Source: an uncultured Nitrososphaerota archaeon
GTDB lineage: Archaea; Thermoproteota; Nitrososphaeria; Nitrososphaerales; Nitrosopumilaceae
Assembly: GCA_963824385.1 (NCBI GenBank)
Contig: CAWGPD010000001.1
Coordinates: 1-64,000 of the forward strand
Reading direction: 5' to 3'
Length of the DNA: 64,000 nucleotides
Part shown: positions 21,306 to 32,457 of the stretch, piece after piece
Position numbering within the stretch: the first letter of the stretch is position 1
Layout of the letters: the number at the start of each line of letters is the position of its first letter
Notes under the pieces: generated by a model
The model's database searches: none
Told to the model about the DNA's origin: nothing
Seen by the model: the letters and a program-made list of their open reading frames with translations, nothing else
Made by a program: the position numbers and the translations under genes

Positions 21306-21539
21306 ATGAAAACATATTCATACGTACTGATTGTACTTGTCATACTTGCTACAAGTGCACCAACACTAGCTCTTGCACAATATGAAAGAGAAGGAGGCGG
21401 TCAGCCAGATACAATGATCCTGACAATCTTTAGTTTGACACTATACATTACCATATCAGCAATATTTGGCGTAGTTGGATATTCACTTTGGAAAGTATTC
21501 AGCATTAGACGAAGAGCAGCCAAAATGAGAGTAAAGTAA
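21306..21539 (+). CDS. Small membrane protein with signal peptide
   Basis: Signal peptide + one TM + basic tail. Confidence 0.65.
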   Translation: MKTYSYVLIVLVILATSAPTLALAQYEREGGGQPDTMILTIFSLTLYITISAIFGVVGYSLWKVFSIRRRAAKMRVK

Positions 21540-21543
21540 ACTT

Positions 21544-22080
21544 ATGAAAATTTTTTCTGCCGACTCTTACTTGAAAATATCAATAATCGTTGTTCTAGCA
21601 TTTATTCCTACTTTGGCCTATGCTGATGATAATAGAGGATTTAGTACTGCTGCCACTCTTGGCTGGCTAGCCATCGGATGTGGAATAGCAGCAAATCTCT
21701 CGCTTGTCATATTCAAAATGATCAAGAAAATGCCAGTCATGAAGTTAGTTGGAGGCTCTGGCATCTCACAGAGTTTGACATCCATGTACCAGCCAGTATT
21801 GAATTTTCATATAATGTTAAATGCTGTAGGATTCTTTGCAGGCATATCGCATGGATTTATGCTAATGCGGGGCCTTGATTACATCTCACTTTCATTGGCA
21901 ACTGTAATTACCGTATCAATGGTTAGTGGCATAATACTCAAATTCACATCTGGTAAAAATATAAAATTCTTTAGCAGATTGGTTCACGGTCAAGCAGTTC
22001 TTGCAGCATTACTTGTAACACTTGTTGTTTTACATGTAATAACAAGATGGCATCATGGAATTATCATGAATTTCATATGA
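21544..22080 (+). CDS. Membrane protein with four intramembrane His, cytochrome b/ferric-reductase-like
   Basis: LNFH, SHG, LVHG, LHV in TM helices. Confidence 0.55.
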   Translation: MKIFSADSYLKISIIVVLAFIPTLAYADDNRGFSTAATLGWLAIGCGIAANLSLVIFKMIKKMPVMKLVGGSGISQSLTSMYQPVLNFHIMLNAVGFFAGISHGFMLMRGLDYISLSLATVITVSMVSGIILKFTSGKNIKFFSRLVHGQAVLAALLVTLVVLHVITRWHHGIIMNFI

Positions 22081-22241
22081 GACATATTCAACTAGAACCA
22101 AGAGATGTTGCCAGATTAAACAGTCTTGGAAATAACAAGTGCAGAAAATGTACAACCCCATTAAATGAAGGCGATATTGTGATACGGGTGGGATCAAGAC
22201 CTTCAAAATACTACCGCAGAGAATGCTTTAAACCATATTAG
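22077..22241 (+). CDS. Small zinc-finger-like protein
   Basis: CRKC...EGD.V....KYYRREC; ATGA overlap. Confidence 0.5.
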   Translation: MRHIQLEPRDVARLNSLGNNKCRKCTTPLNEGDIVIRVGSRPSKYYRRECFKPY

Positions 22242-22381
22242 AAAATAGACGAGTCTAAAATAAATTTATGATGAGCTAGTGAGATTTCTCTGTTTTTTCA
22301 TTGTTTTAGAATACATGACCTTGACTTGAAAAAGGTCATCGTGTGAAATCGTTTGGTCATGGCACTATATACTAGAAAAGG

Positions 22382-22455
22382 TGCCGCCGGCAAGACTTGA
22401 ACATGCGACAGCTCGGTCTTCAGCCGAGTGCTCTCCCGGGCTGAGCTACGGCGGC
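22382..22455 (-). tRNA. tRNA-Phe (GAA), intronless
   Basis: GCCGCCG acceptor stem, CTCGG-CTGAAGA-CCGAG anticodon arm, TTCAA T-loop. Confidence 0.95.
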
Positions 22456-22498
22456 ACGTTTGATTCTCAAAGTATTCGGGAATTAAAGTGTGTCTCCC

Positions 22499-23035
22499 CT
22501 ATTTTTTCCAAGCAACGTCGGAAATTTTTTTTCTTTTATTTATTGTTCTGGCTATCACAAAAAGAAGATCTGATAGCCTATTCATGTATACCAAACATTC
22601 GTTGTTTATCTTGTCTACCTCTGACAAGTTTACTACATTTACCTCAGCTCTTCTACAGATGGCCCTTGCTAGATGAACCTGTGAGGCAACCAAATCCCCT
22701 CCAGGCAAGATGAAAAAAGTGATTGGAGACAATTTCTCCTCTAACCTATCAATCTCTTTTTCAAGAAACAATACCATTTCAGATGTGACCCTGTTTGATT
22801 TGTTACTCAGATTTGGATTTGCAAGATCTGCACCAACTACAAACAAGTCATTTTGTATTTTTGTCAACAAATCATGAAGGTCTTTTCCTAATTTCGAAGA
22901 CAGTACAATTCCAATAGACGCATTAAGTTCATCCACCATACCATAGGATGCAATTCTAGGGTTTGATTTTTTTACACGTTTGTTTCCAATCAACCCAGTA
23001 GTTCCATCATCGCCAGTTTTAGTATAAATTTTCAC
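22499..23035 (-). CDS. pduO: ATP:cob(I)alamin adenosyltransferase (PduO type)
   Basis: KIYTKTGDDG, YG.VDELNA, FILPGG, RRAE, NRLSD. Confidence 0.93.
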   Translation of the reverse strand: MKIYTKTGDDGTTGLIGNKRVKKSNPRIASYGMVDELNASIGIVLSSKLGKDLHDLLTKIQNDLFVVGADLANPNLSNKSNRVTSEMVLFLEKEIDRLEEKLSPITFFILPGGDLVASQVHLARAICRRAEVNVVNLSEVDKINNECLVYMNRLSDLLFVIARTINKRKKISDVAWKK

Positions 23036-23128
23036 AGATACCCGTTAGTGATTCTTGTCATTTTAATCTTGTTTGGATATATGACATTTTAAAACTGCCA
23101 AATAGACTCAAAGATTAAAACAGGAATC

Positions 23129-23673
23129 ATGAGAAGAATACTTGTGTTGTTTGACTTTTTCTACCTAGTATCAGAACTCAAAAAAGTACCACGTAAGGGA
23201 TGGATAAGCAAAGTAGGCATAGAGCATCCAGAATCAGTAGCAGACCACTCTTACGGAACTGCAATCATGGCAATGGTTTTGTCAGACTCTCAAAAATTAA
23301 ACACAGAAAAGATTCTCAAAATGGCGCTTCTTCATGATTTGGCAGAATCAATTACGGGGGATTTTATGCCAGATGAGATCTCAAAGGAGAACAAAAAAAT
23401 ATCTGAAGAGGAAGTTATGAAAGAGATCTTCTCCAGCTACCAGAAAATCTTGCAGTACAATATGATAAAGTATGGCAAGAGTTCATTCAAGCAGATACCA
23501 AAGAGTCCATTTTAGTACACGAAATTGACAAGTTAGAGATGGCAATCCAAGCTGCAAAATATTCTTCAGAAGGATTCTCAAATGAAAAATTAAGTTTGTT
23601 TGTAGACTCGGCAAAAAAAGAGATAAAATCAAAAGAACTTTTGGACATACTTGATACACTATCGTATAAATAA
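23129..23673 (+). CDS. HD-domain 5'-deoxynucleotidase-like protein (frameshift ~23435)
   Basis: R.GW, ESVADHSY, LHDLAE..TGD, downstream DKLE. Confidence 0.85.
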
Positions 23674-23693
23674 CTAGAACTTGTTTTTGAATC

Positions 23694-24041
23694 ATGCAAT
23701 ATTTTGTCGCGCTAAAAATTGGTGAGAAAAGAGTCAAAGAGGCACGCGAGTATCTCAACAAGTTATGCAATGATCAAGCAATGCCTGCTCTAGCATTAAG
23801 AGATAACAAGACTGATGTGTGGGAACCAGTAGGGCAGGAGAATCTCTATGCTGTTCTAAACAATACCGGAGGATATGTGTTATCAGACTCTACTGGATAC
23901 ATGATAGTAATTTGTGATAAAAATGGAATCTCCAAAGCACTTGTTAGAAGTCTTAATGCAGAACGAAAAGATGCCATTGTTGCAAGAATGAAATCAGACA
24001 ATATTGAAGAGCACAAGGGCGATGTAGTTCTTCCAGTTTAA
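23694..24041 (+). CDS. Conserved hypothetical protein
   Basis: Clean 115-aa ORF in core-gene block. Confidence 0.7.
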   Translation: MQYFVALKIGEKRVKEAREYLNKLCNDQAMPALALRDNKTDVWEPVGQENLYAVLNNTGGYVLSDSTGYMIVICDKNGISKALVRSLNAERKDAIVARMKSDNIEEHKGDVVLPV

Positions 24042-24115
24042 TGATTTTATTTTCGAGACTGTAGTCAAATAATTGACACCAAGATTAAATTAGTACAAAT
24101 ACAGAATCTTAGGAA

Positions 24116-25352
24116 ATGGCCAAGAAATTTACTCATGAGATAGAGGTAAAAGGACATCTCATTGATTCCATGATATTAACCAAAATTTTTGATGTTATCA
24201 TGGACCTCAAGGGCGAGTTTCAAGTACAAGAGTTCAGAGTGGGAAAACACAAAAAAGATGAGAGTTATGCAAAACTTACAATTCAGGGAAAATCTCAAGA
24301 ACATCTCGATAAAATTCTAGAAGCAATATACCGTGAGGGCGCAACATCGAAGATTCAGCAACAGATCTCTCTAAAACCTGCGCAAAAAGACATGGTAATG
24401 CCAGATGATTTCTACAGTACCACTAACAATCATACCGAAATATTTCACAAAGGAAAATGGATCAAGGTAGAAAACATGATGATGGACAAATGTATTACCG
24501 TTAAAGAAAACAGAGCATTTTGTACTCCAATCCTAGATGTAAAAAAAGGAGACAAGATAATTGTAGGTGAAAAGGGAATACGTGTAACACCACCTGAAAG
24601 ACCAAGAGAAGGAGTAAACTTGTTTCAATTCATGAGCAGTGGTAGGCTCAAGTGAGAGACCAACACAACATATTGCAAGAAAAGTTGCTGAAGATATTTA
24701 CAGAATAAAAAAGCAGGGTGGAAAGATTGTTCTTGTGGGAGGACCTGCAATAGTACACACTGGTGCATCTGATTCAATTGCAATGCTGATAAGAACAGGA
24801 TTCATCAATGCAGTTCTTGCAGGTAATGCACTTGCAGTTCATGATATTGAATATTCAACTCTTGGCACATCACTTGGAATGAATGTCCAAGATGGTACAC
24901 TTGCAGTCAGAGGGCATAGAAATCACATGCAGGCAATAAACTCAGTCTTCAAAGCTGGATCAATTCCAAAAATGGTAGAAAAAAAAGCATTGACCCGAGG
25001 TATAATGTATGAATGTGTAAAAAATAAAATCCCGTTTGTACTTGCAGGATCCCTAAGAGACGATGGTCCATTACCCGATGTAATTACAGACATGACAGTG
25101 GCTCAGCGTAAATACAAGGAGATTGTAAAAGATGCAAAACTAGTCATAATGGTTTCAACAATGCTTCATTCCATTGCCACAGGAAATATGCTACCTGCTG
25201 ACGTCAAGGTAATTGTAGTAGATATCAGTCAGCCAACTGTCACAAAGCTTATGGACAGAGGCACATGGCAGGCACTTGGCATAGTAACTGACGTGGGGGC
25301 ATTTTTGCCGCTAGTGACACAAGAAATTCAGAAACTATCAAAACGTCACTAA
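24116..25352 (+). CDS. LOR/SDH-bifunctional-like (TIGR00300-type) ornithine cyclodeaminase family protein (frameshift ~24645)
   Basis: GHLIDS, PDDFYSTTN, GGPAIVHTG, GNALAVHD, LAGSLRDDGPLP, MLHSIATGN. Confidence 0.85.
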
Positions 25353-25422
25353 GATTATAATAAAAAATCAAGATACGATTCAATTTCATCAAAATCCAGT
25401 CATTGAAATGACATCTATATGA

Positions 25423-25438
25423 TTATCATATTTGATAG
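25423..25438. promoter_or_regulatory. TTATCA-N4-TGATAA operator (1 mismatch)
   Basis: TTATCATATTTGATAG just upstream of P1B ATPase. Confidence 0.6.
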
Positions 25439-25458
25439 TAATGGAGTGGTTTTAATTT

Positions 25459-27341
25459 TTGAATAAACAAAAATTACAAGTGAAATCTGAAAAAAATAGA
25501 ATACGACAATTTGTATGGTTTGCAAAGCATTACCCAGTTCCAGTTCTTGCACTCATGGGACTATTCATTGGCGCAATATTACAGGTATCACATGAAGAGC
25601 AAGCGGGAAAAATCGCATGGCTTGTTACTCTAGTAGGCGGAGGAATCCCCGTAGTTTGGCAAACTATCCGCGAAATGTTACACAGGCACTTTGTCGTGGA
25701 TATTATTGCGATGCTTGCAATCATTGTCTCCATAATACTCAATGATGCATTTCCAGGTGTGATAATTGTCTTGATGCAGTCAGGTGGAAAAGCATTAGAA
25801 GATTATGCGTACAGACGAGCTTCATCATCACTTGATAATCTACTATCAAGAGCACCAAGAGTTGCACATAGAAAAGTAGACCACGTAATAGAGGAAATTC
25901 AAGTATCTCAAATAAACATAGATGATGTTTTGGTCATCAAGCCAGGCGATTTAATCCCAGTTGATGGCAAAATATTGAGTTTGCAAGCACGTATTGATGA
26001 ATCATCATTAACTGGAGAACCATTACCAAAATCAAAAACTTGTGGAGATCAAGTATTTAGTGGAACAATAAACATTGGTGATGCGTTTGATATAATAGCT
26101 GTTAAAAAAAGTGATGAGAGTCAATATGCAAAAATTGTAAAACTTGTAAAAAAAGCACAACAAGAAAAGGCACCAATTCAAAGACTTGCAGACAAGTATG
26201 CAGTTTGGTTCACTCCACTTACACTTGTAGTAAGTGCTGCTGGATGGATGGTTACCAATAATTTTGAAACAATCTTGTCAGTTCTAGTCGTAGCAACTCC
26301 ATGCTCTCTTATCTTTGCAACACCTGTTGCAATAATTAGTGGGATAAACAGGGCTGCAAAAACTGGAATAATAGTCAAGACAGGTGCTGCCATTGAACAA
26401 GTAGCAAAAACACAAGTAGCAATATTTGATAAAACCGGGACTATTACATTTGGAACTCCAGCCGTTGAGAGAATAATCTCCTTTGATGGTAGATCTTGTG
26501 ATGAGATTTTATTAAAAGCTGCAAGCCTTGAGCAACTTTCATCTCATCCAATTGCTGCAATGATAGTTCAAAAAGGAAAGGAAAAATTTGAGAAATTACT
26601 AGTGCCAGAAAACTTTCGTGAAATATCTGGTGCTGGAGTAGAAGGAAGAATAGGCGATGATCATATAATGATAGGAGCCCCTAGCATATTTGAAAAGGCA
26701 GGTACAGATATTTTTGACGGTGTAAATTCTGCAGCAGATCAGATAAAACAAGATGGACGAATGTTTGCGTTTGTTGCATTAAATGGAAAACTAGTGGGGC
26801 AATAGTATTTGGCGATGAGATACGACCAGATGTGAAACCCATGATTCAAAGACTAAAAATCATTGGAATAAAGAAGACTGTTTTACTCACAGGTGATATA
26901 AAAAATAATGCAAGAAATATTGCAGAACAGGCAGGTATTACAGATTATGAAGCAGAACTTGTTCCTGAAGAAAAGGTAGTTGCAGTAAAAAAACTAAGGC
27001 AAGAATATGAGAATGTCATCATGGTTGGAGACGGGATTAATGATGCTCCAGCTTTGGCAGCATCAACTGTTGGAATTGCAATGGGTGCAAGAGGAACAGC
27101 AATCTCTGCAGAAGCTGCAGATATAGTATTGTTGGAAGATAGTGTTTCAAGAGTCGTAGATACAATTGAAATTGGCAAAAGAACTATTTCTGTTGCAAAA
27201 CAAAGTATCTTAGTAGGTCTTGGCGGCAGTTTTTTTTTCATGGGAATAGCAATGTTTGGACACCTCCCTCCTGCAATTGGAGCATTACTACAAGAAGGTC
27301 TCGATGTCAGTGTCATACTAAATGCATTACGTGCAAGATAG
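25459..27341 (+). CDS. Heavy-metal P1B-type ATPase (P1B-5-like, TPCS motif), frameshift ~26800
   Basis: LTGEP, ATPCSL, DKTGT, SSHP, GDGINDAP, QEGLD. Confidence 0.88.
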
Positions 27342-27389
27342 CACCTTGGATACATGACCAGTTTTTAGATTTTTTTGTTAATTGATGAA

Positions 27390-28690
27390 TTACGATTGCC
27401 ATGTTAGAAACATGACTGCCGCAGCAAATCCCATGACTGCAACAGTAATCCAGCCAACGATATTAGTTTTCTTTCCATTAGTTCTACCCTCAAGAATTTT
27501 CTTATCATTTCCAATTTTTATAATTACAACAAGAAGTGGAACAGCAATAACACCATTGATTACTGCTGTATATATCAGAGCCTTAATCGGATCAATATTT
27601 GCAAAATTTATCCAGAGTCCTACTACAGTAGATGCAGTGTATAATCAAGTAAAATCCTTTGGCATCTCTGAATTTTTTACTAAGGCCTTGCTTCCATCCA
27701 AATTGCTCGGATAATGCATATGCCGATGAACCTGCCAATACAGGTATTGCAAGCAGTCCCACCCCGATTACCCCAAAAGCAAAGATGAGTTTTGCCAATT
27801 CTCCAGAATGAGGAAATGTCTTCACTAGAGGCTCAAGTGCCTGTGCAGTCTGATTCTGCTGTAACTATATCTGTAAAACCGTGGACATGAAGTGTTCCAG
27901 CTGTTGTAACTATGATAAACCACATTACTATTTGTGAAAACGCCATCCCAAATGCAGTATCTTTTCTCATCATCCTGATTTCTTTATTGTCAATTTTTGG
28001 GATACCTTCTCCGATATTTTTTATTTTATTTTTTATTGTGATATTCTCAGCTTCTGTAGATGCCTGCCAAAAAAACAAATATGGCGATATAGTAGTGCCA
28101 AATATTGCAACAAACAACATTGCAAAAGATGGTGTAAATTCAATATGAGGAATTATACTTGCAACCAGAATTTGAGTCCAGTTTTCTCCCACAATAAATG
28201 CAGTTATCAGATAAGCAAGCAAGCTCAGGGTCAGATACTTGAGTATAGTAACATATTTCTTATAAGATACAAAAACTTCTGCACAAATAATAAGTGCAGT
28301 AAAAAGTATAGTTACAAGAACTATCGGCAAACTTGGAAAAACAAGTTTTACTGATGCAGACATTGCGCCAATATCTGCGCCAATGTTTATCGTATTTGCA
28401 ATCAAAAGAAGACTAACTATTGGGTAGACTGTTTTTTTTGAATATCTTTTTTTTACAATTCCCGCCAATCCGCTTCCCGTAACAAGTCCAATGCGTGCAC
28501 AGATCTCCTGGATCACATACATCATTGGAAACATAAACAATGCCATCCACAGAGTGGCAAAACCAAATTGTGCACCAGCTTGAGAATAGGTTGCAATTCC
28601 AGATGGGTCATCATCTGCGGCTCCCGTTATCCATCCCGGACCCAAGATCTTGAAGAATGACTTTATTTTCAATAATCGTGATTCTGACAT
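27390..28690 (-). CDS. NRAMP-family divalent metal transporter (frameshifts ~27840, ~27640)
   Basis: GPG...AADDDPSGIATYSQAGA, GTTISPY.FFWQ. Confidence 0.85.
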
Positions 28691-28747
28691 CTATTGTACA
28701 TTTGGATTAATTGTTATAATATGGTTTGAAAATATGACATTGTAGAA

Positions 28748-29395
28748 TCATTTAACACTCTTTGGCCTAAATCCATGACTACTCATGATTTCTGCCACCT
28801 GATAATCTTCAACTTGATCAAATGATTGGTAAAACTCTCCAACTGCACCAAAAGATTCAGGAGCATCCAGTACAACAACTTCTGCCATTTTGGACAACTT
28901 CTCAATTGTATCTCTTGGTCCTACTGGAATTGCCACGATAACCCGCTTTGGCTTTTGTTTTTGTATCCACTCCAATGCAACAAAGACTGTTGCACCAGTG
29001 GCAATGCCATCATCAACAAGAACAACAGTCTTGTTTTTGAGATCATAGTCAGTCCTTCCTCTAAATTTTACTAGCCTGTGCTCTATTTCTTCGAGTTGTT
29101 CAGCAATTTTTTCATCCAGATAATTTTTTGGAATACCCAACGCGTTTATCAATTCAGAGTTTGGAAAAAAACTACCATCATGTGCTACTGCCCCTATTGC
29201 AAGTTCCTGATTATACGGTGCCCCCACTTTACGTGAAACAATGATATCAAGTGAGAGTCCCAAGATTTTTGCAATCACATCTCCTGTTACTACACCCCCA
29301 CGTGGAATTGCCAAGATTATCGGATTTTCTTTTTTTATCCATTCTAGTTTCTTTGCAAGTTTTTGAGCCGCGTCAACTCTGTCTTTGAATATCAA
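28748..29395 (-). CDS. Phosphoribosyltransferase (Rv0571c/Rv2030c N-domain-like)
   Basis: FKDR..A, LAIPRGG, RKVGAP..ELAIGA, VDDGIATGAT, AVGEFY..F.QV.D. Confidence 0.9.
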   Translation of the reverse strand: MIFKDRVDAAQKLAKKLEWIKKENPIILAIPRGGVVTGDVIAKILGLSLDIIVSRKVGAPYNQELAIGAVAHDGSFFPNSELINALGIPKNYLDEKIAEQLEEIEHRLVKFRGRTDYDLKNKTVVLVDDGIATGATVFVALEWIQKQKPKRVIVAIPVGPRDTIEKLSKMAEVVVLDAPESFGAVGEFYQSFDQVEDYQVAEIMSSHGFRPKSVK

Positions 29396-30085
29396 CTAGA
29401 TTCTCCAAGATATCGTATAAACCAGTTAGTTGCATGTTGTGCCACTTGTTCTAGTTTTCCAGGTTCCTCAAAAAGATGAGTAGCTTCAGGTATGATAATT
29501 AATTTCTTTTCTGATTTTAATTTAGTCATTGCCTGTTTGTTTAATTCTATAACAACATCATCATAACCTCCCACTAGTAGTAATGTAGGACATTTTACAG
29601 AGCCAAGGCTTGATCCAGCAAGATTCTGGTCTTCCACCTCGTGATACCACTGCCTTGACTATATCCGGTCGCTCAGCTGCTGCCACCAATGCGGCTGCTG
29701 CACCTGTGCTTGCCCCAAAATATCCGACATTTAGGTCTGCCATCTTGGAATTTTTCAAAAGCCAGTCAGTGGTTTCACCCAATCTTTGTGAAAGTAATGA
29801 TATATCAAATCTCAAATGTGCAGTTTCCATGTCTACTTCTTCCTCTTCTCGAGTCAACAAGTCAAATAACAATGTGGCAATCCCCTTTTGATTTAATTCT
29901 CTTGCAACAAAACGATTTCTAGGACTTGTCCTACCACTACCACTGCCATGTGCAAAAAGTACTATACCAATAGAATTTTTTGGTATTGAAATATCTCCCT
30001 CCAATTTAACCAAATCCAATTGTATCTCTACAAATGTAGAATCATTTTCACTTTTTGTGAATCGACCCATATCCAACCATGCCAT
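29392..30085 (-). CDS. Dienelactone-hydrolase-like alpha/beta hydrolase (frameshift ~29625; start uncertain)
   Basis: FAHGSGS.R.SPRN, GASTG, VSRGGRP, ATHLFEEPG. Confidence 0.85.
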
Positions 30086-30197
30086 CTAATACCATCATAT
30101 GATCCTCTTCTTTACAACAAACGCATTTGAGTTTGATACAATCCCTAGCTATGCCATGATTACACATTTTACAGGTGCATACCACATCTCGTGGCAT
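30048..30197 (-). CDS. 49-aa Cys-rich microprotein (not in ORF track)
   Basis: MPRDVVCTCKMCNHGIARDCIKLKCVCCKEEDHMMVLDGMVGYGSIHKK. Confidence 0.6.
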   Translation of the reverse strand: MPRDVVCTCKMCNHGIARDCIKLKCVCCKEEDHMMVLDGMVGYGSIHKK

Positions 30198-30321
30198 TTG
30201 TTGTATTGTATCTTTATTCATATTTGAAAGAAATTAATGTAAAAATTCAAAGAATCTAAAATCAGTGTATATTCCATCACATTACAAATCACATTATAAA
30301 ATATTTGAAGTCACTCCCAGA

Positions 30322-30337
30322 TTATCAGAAATGATAA
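30322..30337. promoter_or_regulatory. TTATCA-N4-TGATAA operator (perfect copy); second weaker copy at 30375..30390
   Basis: TTATCAGAAATGATAA; TTATCATCAATGAAAT ~11 nt before uspA TATA. Confidence 0.7.
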
Positions 30338-30431
30338 TTAATCAAGTCGTACAAATGCATAAGAAATATTCATGTTATCATCAATGAAATTGATAAACTG
30401 ATTTAATTCCAAGCAATATCAAAAATTACTC

Positions 30432-30887
30432 GTGGGTAAATCATATAGCAATATCCTAGTGCCATACGACGGTTCGACATATTCTCAAAAGGCGCTTAAG
30501 ATGGCATTTAACATGGCAAGAGCATTTGATTCTTCGTTACATCTGGTAAATGTCATAGATGTAAGTACAGTTAGTCCTCCTGGCCAGATTCGTTCAAAAG
30601 ATACAAGAAAGACTCTAGATCAGATCAAGAGTACTGTCAAAACATCAGTCGAGTCATATCTTCAAAAAATACAAAAAGAGTATGGCGATTCAGGAGTAAT
30701 TGTAAAAGGATTTGTTCTAGAAGGAGACATAACAGGAAAACTATTGAAGTTCATTAAAGACTACAATATTGATCTAGTTATCATAGGAAGCAAGGGTCTT
30801 TCAGGAGTTTCCAAGATAATGACGCTTGGAAGTGTGAGTAGGAAAATATCTGAACTTGCAAAATGTCCCATAGTCATGGTTCGTTAA
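30432..30887 (+). CDS. Universal stress protein (UspA family)
   Basis: ILVPYDGS..S, DLVIIGSKG, LGSVS, CPIVMVR. Confidence 0.92.
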   Translation: MGKSYSNILVPYDGSTYSQKALKMAFNMARAFDSSLHLVNVIDVSTVSPPGQIRSKDTRKTLDQIKSTVKTSVESYLQKIQKEYGDSGVIVKGFVLEGDITGKLLKFIKDYNIDLVIIGSKGLSGVSKIMTLGSVSRKISELAKCPIVMVR

Positions 30888-31013
30888 CAAAACAGATCAG
30901 AGCGAAACTATTCAGGTATAATGTGTCTCTTCTCATTAATCAGATAAATTCCAAAAATAGCTAAGAAAACTAAGAACTTAATTATTCATATAGTATAATT
31001 CCAAATACAAGAT

Positions 31014-31781
31014 ATGCGACTAAACGACAAAGTTGCCATAGTTACTGGTGCATCTAGTGACATAGGATTAGAAATTTGCAAGAAGTTAGTCCAGGAAGGA
31101 GCCAATGTAGTTCTGCTAGGAAGAGACATGGTCAAACTAGAAAAGGCAAGATCCACAATCAAAGACTATACTTCAAAAACAGTTGCAATTCCATGCGATA
31201 TTACAAATGAATCACAGGTAATTCAAACAGTAAAACAGATTACTGACCATTATGGGAAAATCGATATTTTAGTTAACAATGCAGGGGCAATAAGTGATCC
31301 AATACACTTCCATGAGATGGCAGATGAAGCATGGCATTCTTTAATCAACACCAACTTGTTTGGAACATTTAGGATAACAAAATCTGTCCTAGTAAAGATG
31401 CTTGAAAATAAAAACGGAGGTTCAATAGTCAATATTGGTTCAATCTCAGCAGAAAGAGCAATACCAAAAGTTCACCTGACGGTATACTGTACAACTAAAG
31501 CCGCAATCAACATGTTCACTAAAGGATTGGCAGTAGAATACGCAAGACGAAATATTCGTTGTAATTGTGTCAATCCTGGAATTGTCAATGCCGGAATGAT
31601 AAAATCATATCTTGATTATCCAGAAGCAAGAAAGGTCCTAGAAAACCGACAGCCAATAAATAAAATAGGAGAGCCAGAAGATGTTGCAAATGCAGTTGTA
31701 TACCTTGCATCAGATGATGCAAAATGGATTTCAGGTATAATACTCAATGTTGATGGCGGAAAATCAGCTTCTGAAGGATAG
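31014..31781 (+). CDS. Short-chain dehydrogenase/reductase
   Basis: [21 protein letters not shown]. Confidence 0.9.
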   Translation: MRLNDKVAIVTGASSDIGLEICKKLVQEGANVVLLGRDMVKLEKARSTIKDYTSKTVAIPCDITNESQVIQTVKQITDHYGKIDILVNNAGAISDPIHFHEMADEAWHSLINTNLFGTFRITKSVLVKMLENKNGGSIVNIGSISAERAIPKVHLTVYCTTKAAINMFTKGLAVEYARRNIRCNCVNPGIVNAGMIKSYLDYPEARKVLENRQPINKIGEPEDVANAVVYLASDDAKWISGIILNVDGGKSASEG

Positions 31782-31836
31782 TATTAGCGCCAACAATAAT
31801 TTCAGTTATAATAATTTTATCAAACAAATTACAATC

Positions 31837-32229
31837 ATGAGGATAATGGTGTGCGGTCCCATAGGAGGAGTCGGAACTGCTAAAATTTTGGAGATAAGGG
31901 AATTGCTAGAAAAAGAGGGCTTTGAGACAGTAAAACAGTTTTCCAGAGGTAAAGATTATTCTAGCATACGTGATTTTAGAAAAAAAACTTTGCTTGTAAA
32001 AAAGATAATCAAGCATGATCTTGACTGTATAAAAAAAGCAGACGTTCTAGTAGTATTACCAGAGCCAAGTTTTGGTGCATCAATCGAGATGTTTGTAGCA
32101 AAGAATGCAAAAAAGAAAGTCATTTTATTTTCAAGTAAACCAGTTCCCAGTCCATGGCCGGTTGGATTTTCAGATATTATAGTAACAAGCAAAAAGGAAT
32201 TGGTCAGAAAATTAAGCAAGATGATGTAA
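31837..32229 (+). CDS. Nucleoside 2-deoxyribosyltransferase-like protein
   Basis: DLDCIKKADVLVV...SFGASIEM; ATG at 31837 preferred. Confidence 0.65.
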   Translation: MRIMVCGPIGGVGTAKILEIRELLEKEGFETVKQFSRGKDYSSIRDFRKKTLLVKKIIKHDLDCIKKADVLVVLPEPSFGASIEMFVAKNAKKKVILFSSKPVPSPWPVGFSDIIVTSKKELVRKLSKMM

Positions 32230-32299
32230 AGCTTGTTGTTAAAATTATAATTGGCAACTAGGATCAGTTTTAAATAATTTAATCACGTATTAGTAATTG

Positions 32300-32370
32300 G
32301 GACGGAAACGCGGGGTAATAACCCGGACGTGACGTACAGTGGTATGGCAGGTAAAAACACGTTTCCGTCC
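32300..32370 (+). ncRNA. Candidate structured small RNA
   Basis: GC-rich island closed by 11-bp stem GGACGGAAACG/CGTTTCCGTCC, inner hairpin CGGG..CCCG, TATA-like TTTTAAAT ~25-30 nt upstream. Confidence 0.45.
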
Positions 32371-32457
32371 ATTATCATATCAAACAAATAATTTTTTAAT
32401 GAAATTTATTTTAAAAATGACTAATTTGATATGTGAGACTACATGGTTCTAAATGCA

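Noticed and set aside
22381..22713. 110-aa + strand ORF
   Set aside because: Antisense to tRNA-Phe and pduO.
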